A model generated the notes under the pieces. That model saw only the letters and a list, made by a program, of their open reading frames with translations. It made no database searches and was not told the DNA's origin. Positions 45,184 to 53,010 of a DNA stretch of 64,000 nucleotides are shown here, one piece after another (the first letter of the stretch is position 1; every line of letters starts with the position of its first letter). The translations under genes and the position numbers were made by a program. The stretch comes from an uncultured Acidimicrobiales bacterium (GTDB taxonomy: Bacteria > Actinomycetota > Acidimicrobiia > Acidimicrobiales > VFJN01): contig CAWJGJ010000001.1 in the NCBI GenBank assembly GCA_963842395.1, forward strand, positions 1,834,889 through 1,898,888, in the 5' to 3' direction.

Positions 45184-46380
45184 TCAGGTGCCGCCGGGAC
45201 CGCACCGGCCCCCGTCGGCCGGTGGCTGCACGTCCGGACGTCCATCCGGCTGAGCGCTCATCCACGACGACCAGATGCCCTCCGAGTACGGGCCCGGCTG
45301 GCCGTTCTCCTCGTAGAACCCCTGCGGGTCGTAGACCTTGGCTTCCGGATACGGCCACGGGCACGCCACCGAGGTGGCGACCCTGGTGTCGCGGATGATG
45401 CCGAAGGCCAGGAAGTACCCGAGGTAGGCGACGTTCAGGATCGCGAGCATCACCAGGAAGGTGCCGAGCGCCGGGCGCCCGGCGAAGATCCGCACCCGCT
45501 GGGCCAGCTTCTCCGCGACGGTCCGGCCGGTGTCGTCCCGGTAGAGCAGCACCCCGGCGGGGATCATCACCAGGGTGACGAGCGAGGACTCCCACAGCAG
45601 CGGGAACTGGAAGGCGGTGCCCGTGAACACCGACCCGAACGGGATGACCTGCGTGTAGATGTACAGGCCGGTGCGGATGCACAGGATCTCGAGGACGGCG
45701 TCGAAGACGAACCCGATCGGGTAGATCAGCAACGACAGGCTGATGAGCGGGTGGCGTGACACGAAGGAGTCGGTGGGCCGACGGGCCTGGAGCCTGCGCA
45801 GGATCCACGATGCCGGGAAGAACGGGGTCACGTAGAAGAGCGCGTACCCGATGACGACGAGCGGCTCGACCACGGGCGCGATCGAGAACAGCGGCCAATC
45901 CTCGGGCCAGTGCCACAGCTCGGGGTTGTAGGCGGCGTACGGCGACCAGTTCACGAGCGGATCCCACCAGACGATCCCGGTGGCGGCGATGACCATCAGC
46001 AGGATGGGGTGGCGGGGGTACCGCCGCCAGGCGAGCACCACGCTCCCCACGAGCAGCACCATGCTGACGAGGGTCCCGACCTGCAGGATCGTCACCCAGT
46101 TGGTCCAGCCGAACAGGTAGGTCACCGGTCGCGGCGCGCCGGTCACCTCCGGGTTGCGCACGCGGTCGGACGACTCGACCCCCGTGCGGGCGTAGTAGGC
46201 GATGACGCAGATGAGCGCGAAGGCGAGCGCCCAACCCCCGATCACGAGCCGGCGCTTCGCGACGGGGCCCGTGCCGTGGTCCCGGGTCGGCGTCGTCAGG
46301 CCGGCCTCGACGCCAGGGCTCCCGACCGGGGCGCTCGAGCCTGGGTGTTCCCGAACATCGGCTTCGCTGGGATGGCTCAC
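45184..46380 (-). CDS. polytopic membrane protein, possibly AveC (spirocyclase)-family
   Basis: 398 aa, about 7-8 TM, Trp-rich loops (WWDPLVNWSPYAAYNPELWHWPEDWP; AFQFPLLWES) that I recall from AveC-like proteins. GTG start 6 nt after TAGGTT with TTGACG 16 nt further upstream. Confidence 0.55.
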   Translation of the reverse strand: MSHPSEADVREHPGSSAPVGSPGVEAGLTTPTRDHGTGPVAKRRLVIGGWALAFALICVIAYYARTGVESSDRVRNPEVTGAPRPVTYLFGWTNWVTILQVGTLVSMVLLVGSVVLAWRRYPRHPILLMVIAATGIVWWDPLVNWSPYAAYNPELWHWPEDWPLFSIAPVVEPLVVIGYALFYVTPFFPASWILRRLQARRPTDSFVSRHPLISLSLLIYPIGFVFDAVLEILCIRTGLYIYTQVIPFGSVFTGTAFQFPLLWESSLVTLVMIPAGVLLYRDDTGRTVAEKLAQRVRIFAGRPALGTFLVMLAILNVAYLGYFLAFGIIRDTRVATSVACPWPYPEAKVYDPQGFYEENGQPGPYSEGIWSSWMSAQPDGRPDVQPPADGGRCGPGGT

Positions 46381-46385
46381 GGGGC

Positions 46386-46402
46386 CAACCTAACATTTGT
46401 TT
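46386..46402 (-). promoter_or_regulatory. AT-rich recurrent box, copy f (CAACCTAACATTTGTTT), part of a full promoter
   Basis: On the minus strand: TTGACG-N16-TAGGTT-N6-GTG(46380). The box covers the spacer plus the -10. Confidence 0.6.
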
Positions 46403-46669
46403 CGGACCCGTCAAGCGCCGGACGGCCCTGCGAGGCACATGGTGACCACGCGCACGGGGCCCGCATGTGCTCCTCAGCGACGTGCACCCGGCGAGAGCGC
46501 CGAATTTCCGCATCCGACAGCGTCATAGTCGGCCGCCGCCGCCCTCTCAGTGCGCAACAGGGGGCGGACGTGGAGACAGACGATGAACGCCATGGCGCCC
46601 GGCAACGTGGCAGTCGGGCCAGGGTGCGACGCCGTACCCGGCGTCTCTGTCCTGTGAGACGGAGATCGC

Positions 46670-48238
46670 ATGGGAGGCGCTGAACACATGGAGCAGGCCA
46701 GAGGCCCGGCTCGTCGCGCCCGGCACTCCGATGATCCCGTGGTTGGCGCGGGCCCGGTCCGGGACGCCCGGCTCCGGACCGCGGGCGTCACCCTGGCGAT
46801 CGTCGCCCTCGTCCTGATCCCCGTGAGCCGGCTCGCCGCCGGCACCGCCGACACCGATGTCCTCTCCCTGGTCGGCGCGTCCCTGGCGGCTCTGCTGCTG
46901 TTCGCCTCGGCCTGGCTCGATGTCATCGTCTGGCGCCTCACCGGGGATGCGAGGTCGGTGTACCTGGCGGCCGCCACCCTGAGCCTGGGCGCCGTCCCGG
47001 TCGTGCTGGGCGTGATCGTGCCCGGGCTGGGCGTGATCGTGCCCGGGCTGGCCGAGTCCGCCGTGCTCGATCAGGCCCGGCCCGCGGTCGCCCTCGCAGG
47101 TATTCCGGCCCTCGTCGTGCTCACTGTCGCGGCGCGCACCGCGGCGACGCTCACCGTCCGCAGCGTCAGGTTCGTGATCGGCGTCCTCATGGCCGTCACG
47201 GCCGGCGTGGCGGTCGCCCTCGCCGTGCCGGGGCTCCGCACCCTGACCCACGAGCACGGGATCTCGCTGCCGCTGGCCGGGCCCGCCAGGTCCATCGCTC
47301 TCGCCTCGGCGTTCGCGGTGGTGGCCGCCATCCACGCCGGCGCCACCCGCCGCCGATCGGGTCGACTCCTATCGTGGTCGGGGCTCGCCCTGGCCGGTGT
47401 CGGCGTCGCCTACGCGATCGACGCGGTCGGCGGCGACATGGCCCAGCCCGCGGCCTGGCTGATGACGTCGGCCGCGGTGGCCGTCGGCCTCTACGGCACG
47501 TCGGTCGAGCTGCAGCGCACGCACGACGCCGAGCAACGCGAAGCACGGGATGCGGTCGCCGTCGCCTCCGTCACCGCATCGCGAGCCATGGCCGTTCACG
47601 AGATCCATCAGGAGCACCGGCACGAGGCCCGGGCCGCCCTGCTCGGAATCGAAGCGGCGGCCCAGTGCCTGAGCCGGCACCGTCTCCGGCTCACCGCCGA
47701 CGAGCAGCGGGAGCTCTCCTCGGGGCTGGTGGCCGAGATCCAGCGGCTGCGGTCCCTCGTCGAGGACGCGGCCCGCCGTTCGACCGCGTTCGACCTCCGC
47801 GAGGCGATCATGCCGGTGGTGAGCTGCAGCCGTGCCGACGGGCTCACGGTGCGGGCCGACATCCCGGCCGGGCTCGAGGTCGAAGGCGTCCCCGAGAGCA
47901 CGGCCCAGGTCGTCCTCTCCCTGCTGACCAACGCCCGGTGCCACGCACCCGGCTCGGCCGTCGAGCTACGCGCCGAACCGGGCGAGCGGGAGATCGCCCT
48001 CTTCGTCGAGGATCGCGGCCCCGGCATTCCCGATGCCCTCGAGGACCCGGTGTTCGAGCGCGCGGCGCGCGGCCCGGGCAGCCGCGGGTCGGGGCTCGGG
48101 CTGTTCGTCGCTCGCCGGTTGATGGCCCGGCAGCGGGGTTCGATCGACGTCGGCCGGCGGCCGGGCGGCGGAAGCTCGTTCGTCGTGCGCCTGCCCAGGT
48201 CCCAACGCCCGGCGGAATCCGTCGGGGCGGCCTCCTGA
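46670..48238 (+). CDS. sensor histidine kinase with multi-TM N-terminal domain
   Basis: ATG after GGAGA. About 8 TM segments. H-box HEHRHEARAALLGIEAAAQ. ATP-lid GSGLGLFVARRL. Confidence 0.8.
   Translation: MGGAEHMEQARGPARRARHSDDPVVGAGPVRDARLRTAGVTLAIVALVLIPVSRLAAGTADTDVLSLVGASLAALLLFASAWLDVIVWRLTGDARSVYLAAATLSLGAVPVVLGVIVPGLGVIVPGLAESAVLDQARPAVALAGIPALVVLTVAARTAATLTVRSVRFVIGVLMAVTAGVAVALAVPGLRTLTHEHGISLPLAGPARSIALASAFAVVAAIHAGATRRRSGRLLSWSGLALAGVGVAYAIDAVGGDMAQPAAWLMTSAAVAVGLYGTSVELQRTHDAEQREARDAVAVASVTASRAMAVHEIHQEHRHEARAALLGIEAAAQCLSRHRLRLTADEQRELSSGLVAEIQRLRSLVEDAARRSTAFDLREAIMPVVSCSRADGLTVRADIPAGLEVEGVPESTAQVVLSLLTNARCHAPGSAVELRAEPGEREIALFVEDRGPGIPDALEDPVFERAARGPGSRGSGLGLFVARRLMARQRGSIDVGRRPGGGSSFVVRLPRSQRPAESVGAAS
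47006..47047 (+). repeat. perfect 21-bp tandem duplication inside the kinase gene
   Basis: CTGGGCGTGATCGTGCCCGGG occurs twice back to back (47006-47026, 47027-47047). It is in frame and duplicates LGVIVPG in a TM segment. Confidence 0.9.
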
Positions 48239-48951
48239 TGCACCGGATCCTCATCGTCGACGACCACCCCCTCGTCGCCATCGGCCTCCGGCTGGCGCTG
48301 CGGTCGCGGGGCTGGGACGTCGAGGTCGCCGACGGGCCGACCGTCGACGCCGTGCTCGATCGGGCCCGGGCCTTCGAGCCCGAGTGCGTGCTGCTCGACC
48401 TCCACCTCGGTGAGCTCGGCAACGGCCGCGACCTGATCGGTCCCCTGCTGGAGACGAGCCGGGCGGTGGTGATGCTGACCGGTGAGACCGATCGCCTCCT
48501 GCTCGCCGCCTGCCTCGAGGCCGGAGCCGACGGCTGGATCGGCAAGGGCGCGTTCCTCGACGACATCGTCGTCCAGGTCGAGGACGCCCTCGCTGGACGA
48601 CCGATCGTCGGGGTGGCGAGGCGCCAGGAGCTGCTGGACGACCTGCGGGTGCACCGAGCGAGCCTGGAGCGGTCCCGGTCGCCGTTCGAGCGCCTGACGC
48701 TCCGCGAGCAACGGGTGTTGGGGGCGCTCGTCAACGGGCTGTCCGGCGAGGAGATCGCTGCGGCCCACTTCGTGGCGGTGACCACCGTGCGCACCCAGGT
48801 CCGAGGGATCCTCCAGAAGCTCGGCGTCCGCTCGCAGCTCGCGGCTGTCGCCACCGCCAACCGGGCCGGCTGGACGGCGCCGATCGACGACGCCGAGGCC
48901 GCCGAGCCCAGCCGAACCGACGACGACGCCCGGCGACCGGTGTCCCTCTGA
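48238..48951 (+). CDS. NarL/LuxR-family response regulator
   Basis: A TGATG overlap links it to the kinase. Receiver domain (ILIVDDHPLV...VLLDLHL...MLTGE...GKGA) plus LuxR HTH (LTLREQRVLGALVNGLSGEEIAAAHFVAVTTVRTQVRGIL). Confidence 0.85.
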   Translation: MHRILIVDDHPLVAIGLRLALRSRGWDVEVADGPTVDAVLDRARAFEPECVLLDLHLGELGNGRDLIGPLLETSRAVVMLTGETDRLLLAACLEAGADGWIGKGAFLDDIVVQVEDALAGRPIVGVARRQELLDDLRVHRASLERSRSPFERLTLREQRVLGALVNGLSGEEIAAAHFVAVTTVRTQVRGILQKLGVRSQLAAVATANRAGWTAPIDDAEAAEPSRTDDDARRPVSL

Positions 48952-48967
48952 CAGATCTCGGGTCCGT

Positions 48968-48987
48968 CGATTCGTCAATCGTGATGA
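48968..48987 (+). promoter_or_regulatory. conserved box upstream of flp-1 (CGATTCGTCAATCGTGATGA)
   Basis: Shares an identical 10-mer TCAATCGTGA, plus a CGATT flank, with the box upstream of flp-2. Confidence 0.5.
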
Positions 48988-49045
48988 TGACGACCCGCCG
49001 GGGCCGGCGGATGCTGACGACTCGACTCTGACCGGAGTGTCCCGA

Positions 49046-49222
49046 ATGAACGTCTTCACCCTCCTTCACAGGCTGGGCGCGCGGGTCCGCAAGGACGACA
49101 AGGGCGCCCTCATGGCCGAGTACGGCCTGGTGGCCGTTGGCATCGCCGTGCTCGCGGCTCCCGCCGTCTGGGCGCTGGGCGCGGTGGTTCTCCCTCTCTA
49201 CGACCTTCCTGGCCCGTTCTGA
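49046..49222 (+). CDS. flp: Flp-family type IVb pilin
   Basis: 58 aa. Prepilin motif KG/ALMAEYGLVAVGIAVL (G-x4-EY) followed by a hydrophobic helix. Confidence 0.75.
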   Translation: MNVFTLLHRLGARVRKDDKGALMAEYGLVAVGIAVLAAPAVWALGAVVLPLYDLPGPF

Positions 49223-49234
49223 TCGCAGGCCGCA

Positions 49235-49255
49235 CGATTTCATCAATCGTGAGGA
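49235..49255 (+). promoter_or_regulatory. conserved box upstream of flp-2 (CGATTTCATCAATCGTGAGGA)
   Basis: Second copy of the TCAATCGTGA box, 88 nt upstream of ATG 49340. Confidence 0.5.
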
Positions 49256-49339
49256 AGCGGCTCGCGGAACGTTCACCCAGACTTGCATCATCTCCTCCGC
49301 AACGGGCGGAGGTGCGGATATCAGGAGATTCATCTTTCA

Positions 49340-49522
49340 ATGCTGAGCATCATTTCGTTCATCCAGACGTTCTTCGCTGACCGCCGTGACGACGACAAGG
49401 GCGCCGCGATGGTCGAGTACGGCCTCCTCGTGGCCGGCATCGCCGTGGTCGTCGGTGCTGCCGCCGTCCTTCTTGGCGGTGCGATCACCGGCCTCTTCAA
49501 CGACGTCATCGCCGCGCTCTGA
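49340..49522 (+). CDS. flp: Flp-family type IVb pilin
   Basis: 60 aa. KG/AAMVEYGLLVAGIAVVVGAA (G-x4-EY). Confidence 0.8.
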   Translation: MLSIISFIQTFFADRRDDDKGAAMVEYGLLVAGIAVVVGAAAVLLGGAITGLFNDVIAAL

Positions 49523-49536
49523 TAAGCGCAGGGATC

Positions 49537-49572
49537 GGCGGGAGCGGGCGTCCGACGATGCCCGCTCCCGCC
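49537..49572 (+). terminator. strong hairpin after the pilin genes (terminator/attenuator candidate)
   Basis: Perfect 13-bp stem GGCGGGAGCGGGC / GCCCGCTCCCGCC with a 10-nt loop, 15 nt after the flp-2 stop. No U-tract. Confidence 0.55.
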
Positions 49573-49608
49573 TCCCACAAACCTCTTACCGAAGCTCGGA
49601 GAAGCTCG

Positions 49609-49980
49609 ATGATGTCCAGAATCAAGCGTGACGACCGGGGTGCGGCGATGGTGGAGTTCGCCATCGTGCTGCCGGTCCTGGTGCTGATCCTGCTGGGCAT
49701 CATCGAGTTCGGCCGGGCCTACAACGCCCAGGTGTCGATCCAGGCCGCCGCCCGAGAGGGCGCCCGGGAGCTCGCCCTGCGCCACAGCTCGACCGAGGTG
49801 GAGAGCGCCACCCGCGACGGAGCCCCCACGGTGACCATCGACGGCATCGCCCAGAGCCCCTGCCCGGCGACGGGCGACGGCAAGGCGAAGGTGACGATCA
49901 CCGAGTCGTTCTCGTTCATGGTCCTGCCGTTCGGAGCGCTCGACCTCACTGCCACGGGAGCCATGCGATGCGGTCTCTGA
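49609..49980 (+). CDS. tadE: TadE-like pseudopilin
   Basis: ATG 49609 after GGAGAAG. RG/AAMVEFAIVLPVLVLILLGIIEFG is the TadE/TadF N-terminal signature. Confidence 0.8.
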   Translation: MMSRIKRDDRGAAMVEFAIVLPVLVLILLGIIEFGRAYNAQVSIQAAAREGARELALRHSSTEVESATRDGAPTVTIDGIAQSPCPATGDGKAKVTITESFSFMVLPFGALDLTATGAMRCGL

Positions 49981-50978
49981 TCCGATCCCGAACCCGCCGC
50001 GACGACGCCGGCGCGGTAATGGTCTTCGTCGGGATCATGATGGTCGTCCTGCTCGGCATGGGCGCCCTCGTCATCGACGTCGGCCAGCTCTACGCCGAGC
50101 GCCGCGAGCTCCAGAACGGCGCCGACGCCGCCGCGCTGGCGGTGGCCCAGGACTGCGCCGGTGGCGACTGCCTCGACGAGCCGACCACCGCCGGCACGTA
50201 CGCCGACGAGAACGCCCACGACGGCAACGCCGCCGTAGAGGAGGTCTGCGGATCCGGCCCCGGGCTCACCGCCTGCGCCACACCCACTGCGGACGTCCCG
50301 GCCAGCAACTGGGTGAAGGTCACCACCGTGACGCCCGACGACGACAAGGTCGACTTCGCCTTCGCCCCGATCCTCGGCCACGACGCCGGGACGGTCGACG
50401 CCACCGCGCTGGCTGCGTGGGGCGCTGTCGGCGGGGCGACGACCCTGCCCGTCACCTTCTCCGAGTGCGAGTACCTCGAGCTCGGCGGCGACGTCGACGC
50501 CGGCACCTTCCCGAGCGGGCTCAACTACATCTACTTCCACGACAACGACGACGCCGGCACATGCCCGGCGGGCCCGTCCGGGGCAGACCTCCCCGGCGGC
50601 TTCGGCTGGCTCGACAGCTCGGACGAGTGCGGCGTCGAGGTGACGGCCGACGGCTGGATCGACGACAAGACCGGCAACGGGGTTCCCAACGACTGTGAGC
50701 CGTCCGACTGGCGGTCCGCCGAGGTCCTGGTCCCCATATTCGATCGCACGAATGACCTCAATGGATCCAATGGCGAATACCACGTTGCCGGCTTCGTCGG
50801 CTTCCGCGTATCCGGCTACCGGTTCCCCGGAAACGAGTGGCAGAACGGCTTCCCGTGCGGACCAAAGCCCAAGGGCGGCACGACCTACCTCTGCGGCGAG
50901 TTCACGCAGGTGGTCACCACCGGCGAGATCAGCAATGGCCCCGACTACGGCGCTCGCGCCATCGAAATGATCGGCTAA
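49968..50978 (+). CDS. tadG: TadG-like (Tad_N) minor pilin/pilus assembly protein
   Basis: N-terminus RRDDAGAVMVFVGIMMVVLLGMGALVIDVGQLYAERRELQNGADAAALA is typical of TadG/Tad_N proteins. The extracellular part is Cys-containing. Confidence 0.7.
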   Translation: MRSLIRSRTRRDDAGAVMVFVGIMMVVLLGMGALVIDVGQLYAERRELQNGADAAALAVAQDCAGGDCLDEPTTAGTYADENAHDGNAAVEEVCGSGPGLTACATPTADVPASNWVKVTTVTPDDDKVDFAFAPILGHDAGTVDATALAAWGAVGGATTLPVTFSECEYLELGGDVDAGTFPSGLNYIYFHDNDDAGTCPAGPSGADLPGGFGWLDSSDECGVEVTADGWIDDKTGNGVPNDCEPSDWRSAEVLVPIFDRTNDLNGSNGEYHVAGFVGFRVSGYRFPGNEWQNGFPCGPKPKGGTTYLCGEFTQVVTTGEISNGPDYGARAIEMIG

Positions 50979-51022
50979 CCGGTCATGTCTCCCCAGCACA
51001 CCATCACAAGGACACCCACCCC

Positions 51023-51805
51023 ATGAAGCGCAAGATCATCGGCGTCCTGGCCGCCCTGCTGCTGGCCGGCATCGGTACCACCGCCCTCGTCGTCTACGTG
51101 GAATCGGCCAAGGACAAGGCTGTCGCCGCCGAGGCGCTGGTCGACGTCTACGTGGTCAGCGAGACTGTCCCGAAGGGCACGCCCGTCAGCGAGCTCGCCC
51201 AGTCGGTCGAGGTGACCGAGGTGCCGGCGAAGGTGCTGGCCGACGACGCCGTCACCGACCTGGACGCCCTCGACGAGGGCCTCACGGCCGCCGTCGACCT
51301 CGAGGCCGGCGAGCAGCTGCTCAGCAGCCGGCTCGTGGCCGCCAACCAGCTCGGCCGGGCCTCGGTGCCCGCCGGGCTCCAGGAGCTGACCGTCTCCCTC
51401 GACCCCACCCGGGCCGTGGGCGGGGCGCTCAACGTCGGTGACACGGTCGGCGTCGTCCTCTCCTTCGAGCCGTTCGACCTTCCCCGCACCGAGGACCAGT
51501 CGCCCAGCACGACCCACCTCACCTTCCACAAGGTCCTGGTGACCGCGGTCCAGTTCGCTGAGGGCGACGGCCAGGGCACGACCGCCGCCACCGACGACGA
51601 AGACAGCGACGACACGGACGCCGAGCCGGCGCCCAGCAACCAGGTGCTCGTGACGCTGGCCCTGTCCTCTCCCCAGGTCGAGCAGGTCGTGTTCGGCGCC
51701 GAGTTCGGCCACATCTGGCTGACGGCGGAGAACGCCGACGCCGACGAGGCCGGCACCCGGATCGTCACCCTCGGCGAGGCCTACGAGCCGGCGACGGCAC
51801 GATGA
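51023..51805 (+). CDS. cpaB: CpaB/RcpC Flp pilus assembly protein (SAF domain)
   Basis: N-terminal TM (IIGVLAALLLAGIGTTALVVYV) followed by a SAF-like segment (VDVYVVSETVPKGTPVS). Confidence 0.75.
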   Translation: MKRKIIGVLAALLLAGIGTTALVVYVESAKDKAVAAEALVDVYVVSETVPKGTPVSELAQSVEVTEVPAKVLADDAVTDLDALDEGLTAAVDLEAGEQLLSSRLVAANQLGRASVPAGLQELTVSLDPTRAVGGALNVGDTVGVVLSFEPFDLPRTEDQSPSTTHLTFHKVLVTAVQFAEGDGQGTTAATDDEDSDDTDAEPAPSNQVLVTLALSSPQVEQVVFGAEFGHIWLTAENADADEAGTRIVTLGEAYEPATAR

Positions 51806-53010
51806 CCGTCGCCCTCGTCACCGAGAGCTACGAGCTGGCCGACCGGGTCCGGTCGCTGACCGGCACCGATCGTCCGCTGCACCTCCAGGCGTGGCGCAAC
51901 GGCCAGGCGTTCGACGCCGAGCGCATCGTGCGCGAGGTCGACGCCGAGACCGCATCCGTCGTGTGCATCGGCGACGACGTCCCGCTGGACCTCGCCATCC
52001 AGGTGGCGGCCGTCGCCGACCGTGACCACCGGGCCGACATGCCGGTCGTGCTGGTGGCGACCCCGTCGAACGATCTCTGGCGCGACGCAGTGCGGGCCGG
52101 GGTGCGCGACATCGTCGATCCTCACCTGGTCGACGCCGAGCTCGAGCCCGCGCTGGGGCGGGCTCTGGAGTGGACGGCCCGCCTGCGGGCGGGTGGGCCG
52201 TCCGCTCCGCCTCCTCCCCCCAAGTCGGGACGGGTCATCGTCGTGCTCTCCCCCAAGGGGGGCTCGGGCAAGACGATGGTGGCGTCCAACCTCACCGCCG
52301 CCCTCGCCCAACAGGTCGACGGATCGGTCGCCCTCGTCGACCTCGACGTGCAGTTCGGCGATGCCGCCTACGCGCTCGGGCTGGTTCCCGAGCACACCAT
52401 CGGCCAGCTGGCGGCGGCGCCCACGCTCGACGCCACGGCCCTCAAGGTCTTCCTCACCCGCCACGACCCGTCGGGGGCCTACGTGCTCTGCGGCGCGGAG
52501 TCGCCAGAGGAGGGCGAGGCCGTCACCGACGAGCTCGCGTGCCGGGTCGTCGAGCTGCTCGCCCGCGACGTCGCCTACGTCGTCGTCGACACGCCGGCGG
52601 GGCTCGATGAGCGCACGCTCAGCGTGCTCGCGCTGGCCACCGACGTCGTCCTCGTGTCGAGCCTCGACGTCTCGAGCATCCGCAACCTGGGCAAGGAGAT
52701 CGACGTCCTCGAGCGCGTCGGCCTGCTGCCGGAGTCGCGCCACTTCGTGCTCAACCGCTCCGACGCCCGGGTGGGCATCGAACCCGCCGACGTCGAGGCG
52801 GCCCTCGGGATGAAGATCGACACCGCAGTCCCGAGCTCACGGGCGATCCCGTTCTCGATGAACCAGGGACGCCCGATCGTCATCGAGGAGCCGAACTCGC
52901 ACGCGGCGCGGGCGCTGACGGCGTTCACGCGCCGGTTCGTGGACGTCGGGGCAACCGAGACCGCACCGGAGCCCCGGACGGGGTTCCTCCGCCGGAAGAA
53001 GGATCGATGA
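51802..53010 (+). CDS. tadZ: TadZ/CpaE ParA-MinD-like ATPase with N-terminal receiver-like domain
   Basis: Deviant Walker A VLSPKGGSGKTMVASNL. ATGA overlap with cpaB. Confidence 0.8.
   Translation: MTVALVTESYELADRVRSLTGTDRPLHLQAWRNGQAFDAERIVREVDAETASVVCIGDDVPLDLAIQVAAVADRDHRADMPVVLVATPSNDLWRDAVRAGVRDIVDPHLVDAELEPALGRALEWTARLRAGGPSAPPPPPKSGRVIVVLSPKGGSGKTMVASNLTAALAQQVDGSVALVDLDVQFGDAAYALGLVPEHTIGQLAAAPTLDATALKVFLTRHDPSGAYVLCGAESPEEGEAVTDELACRVVELLARDVAYVVVDTPAGLDERTLSVLALATDVVLVSSLDVSSIRNLGKEIDVLERVGLLPESRHFVLNRSDARVGIEPADVEAALGMKIDTAVPSSRAIPFSMNQGRPIVIEEPNSHAARALTAFTRRFVDVGATETAPEPRTGFLRRKKDR

Noticed and set aside
47006-47047. Whether any repeat in the window is a CRISPR array
   Set aside because: The only exact tandem repeat is 2 x 21 bp inside a kinase gene, with no spacers. 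No repeat-spacer periodicity and no cas genes were seen anywhere.
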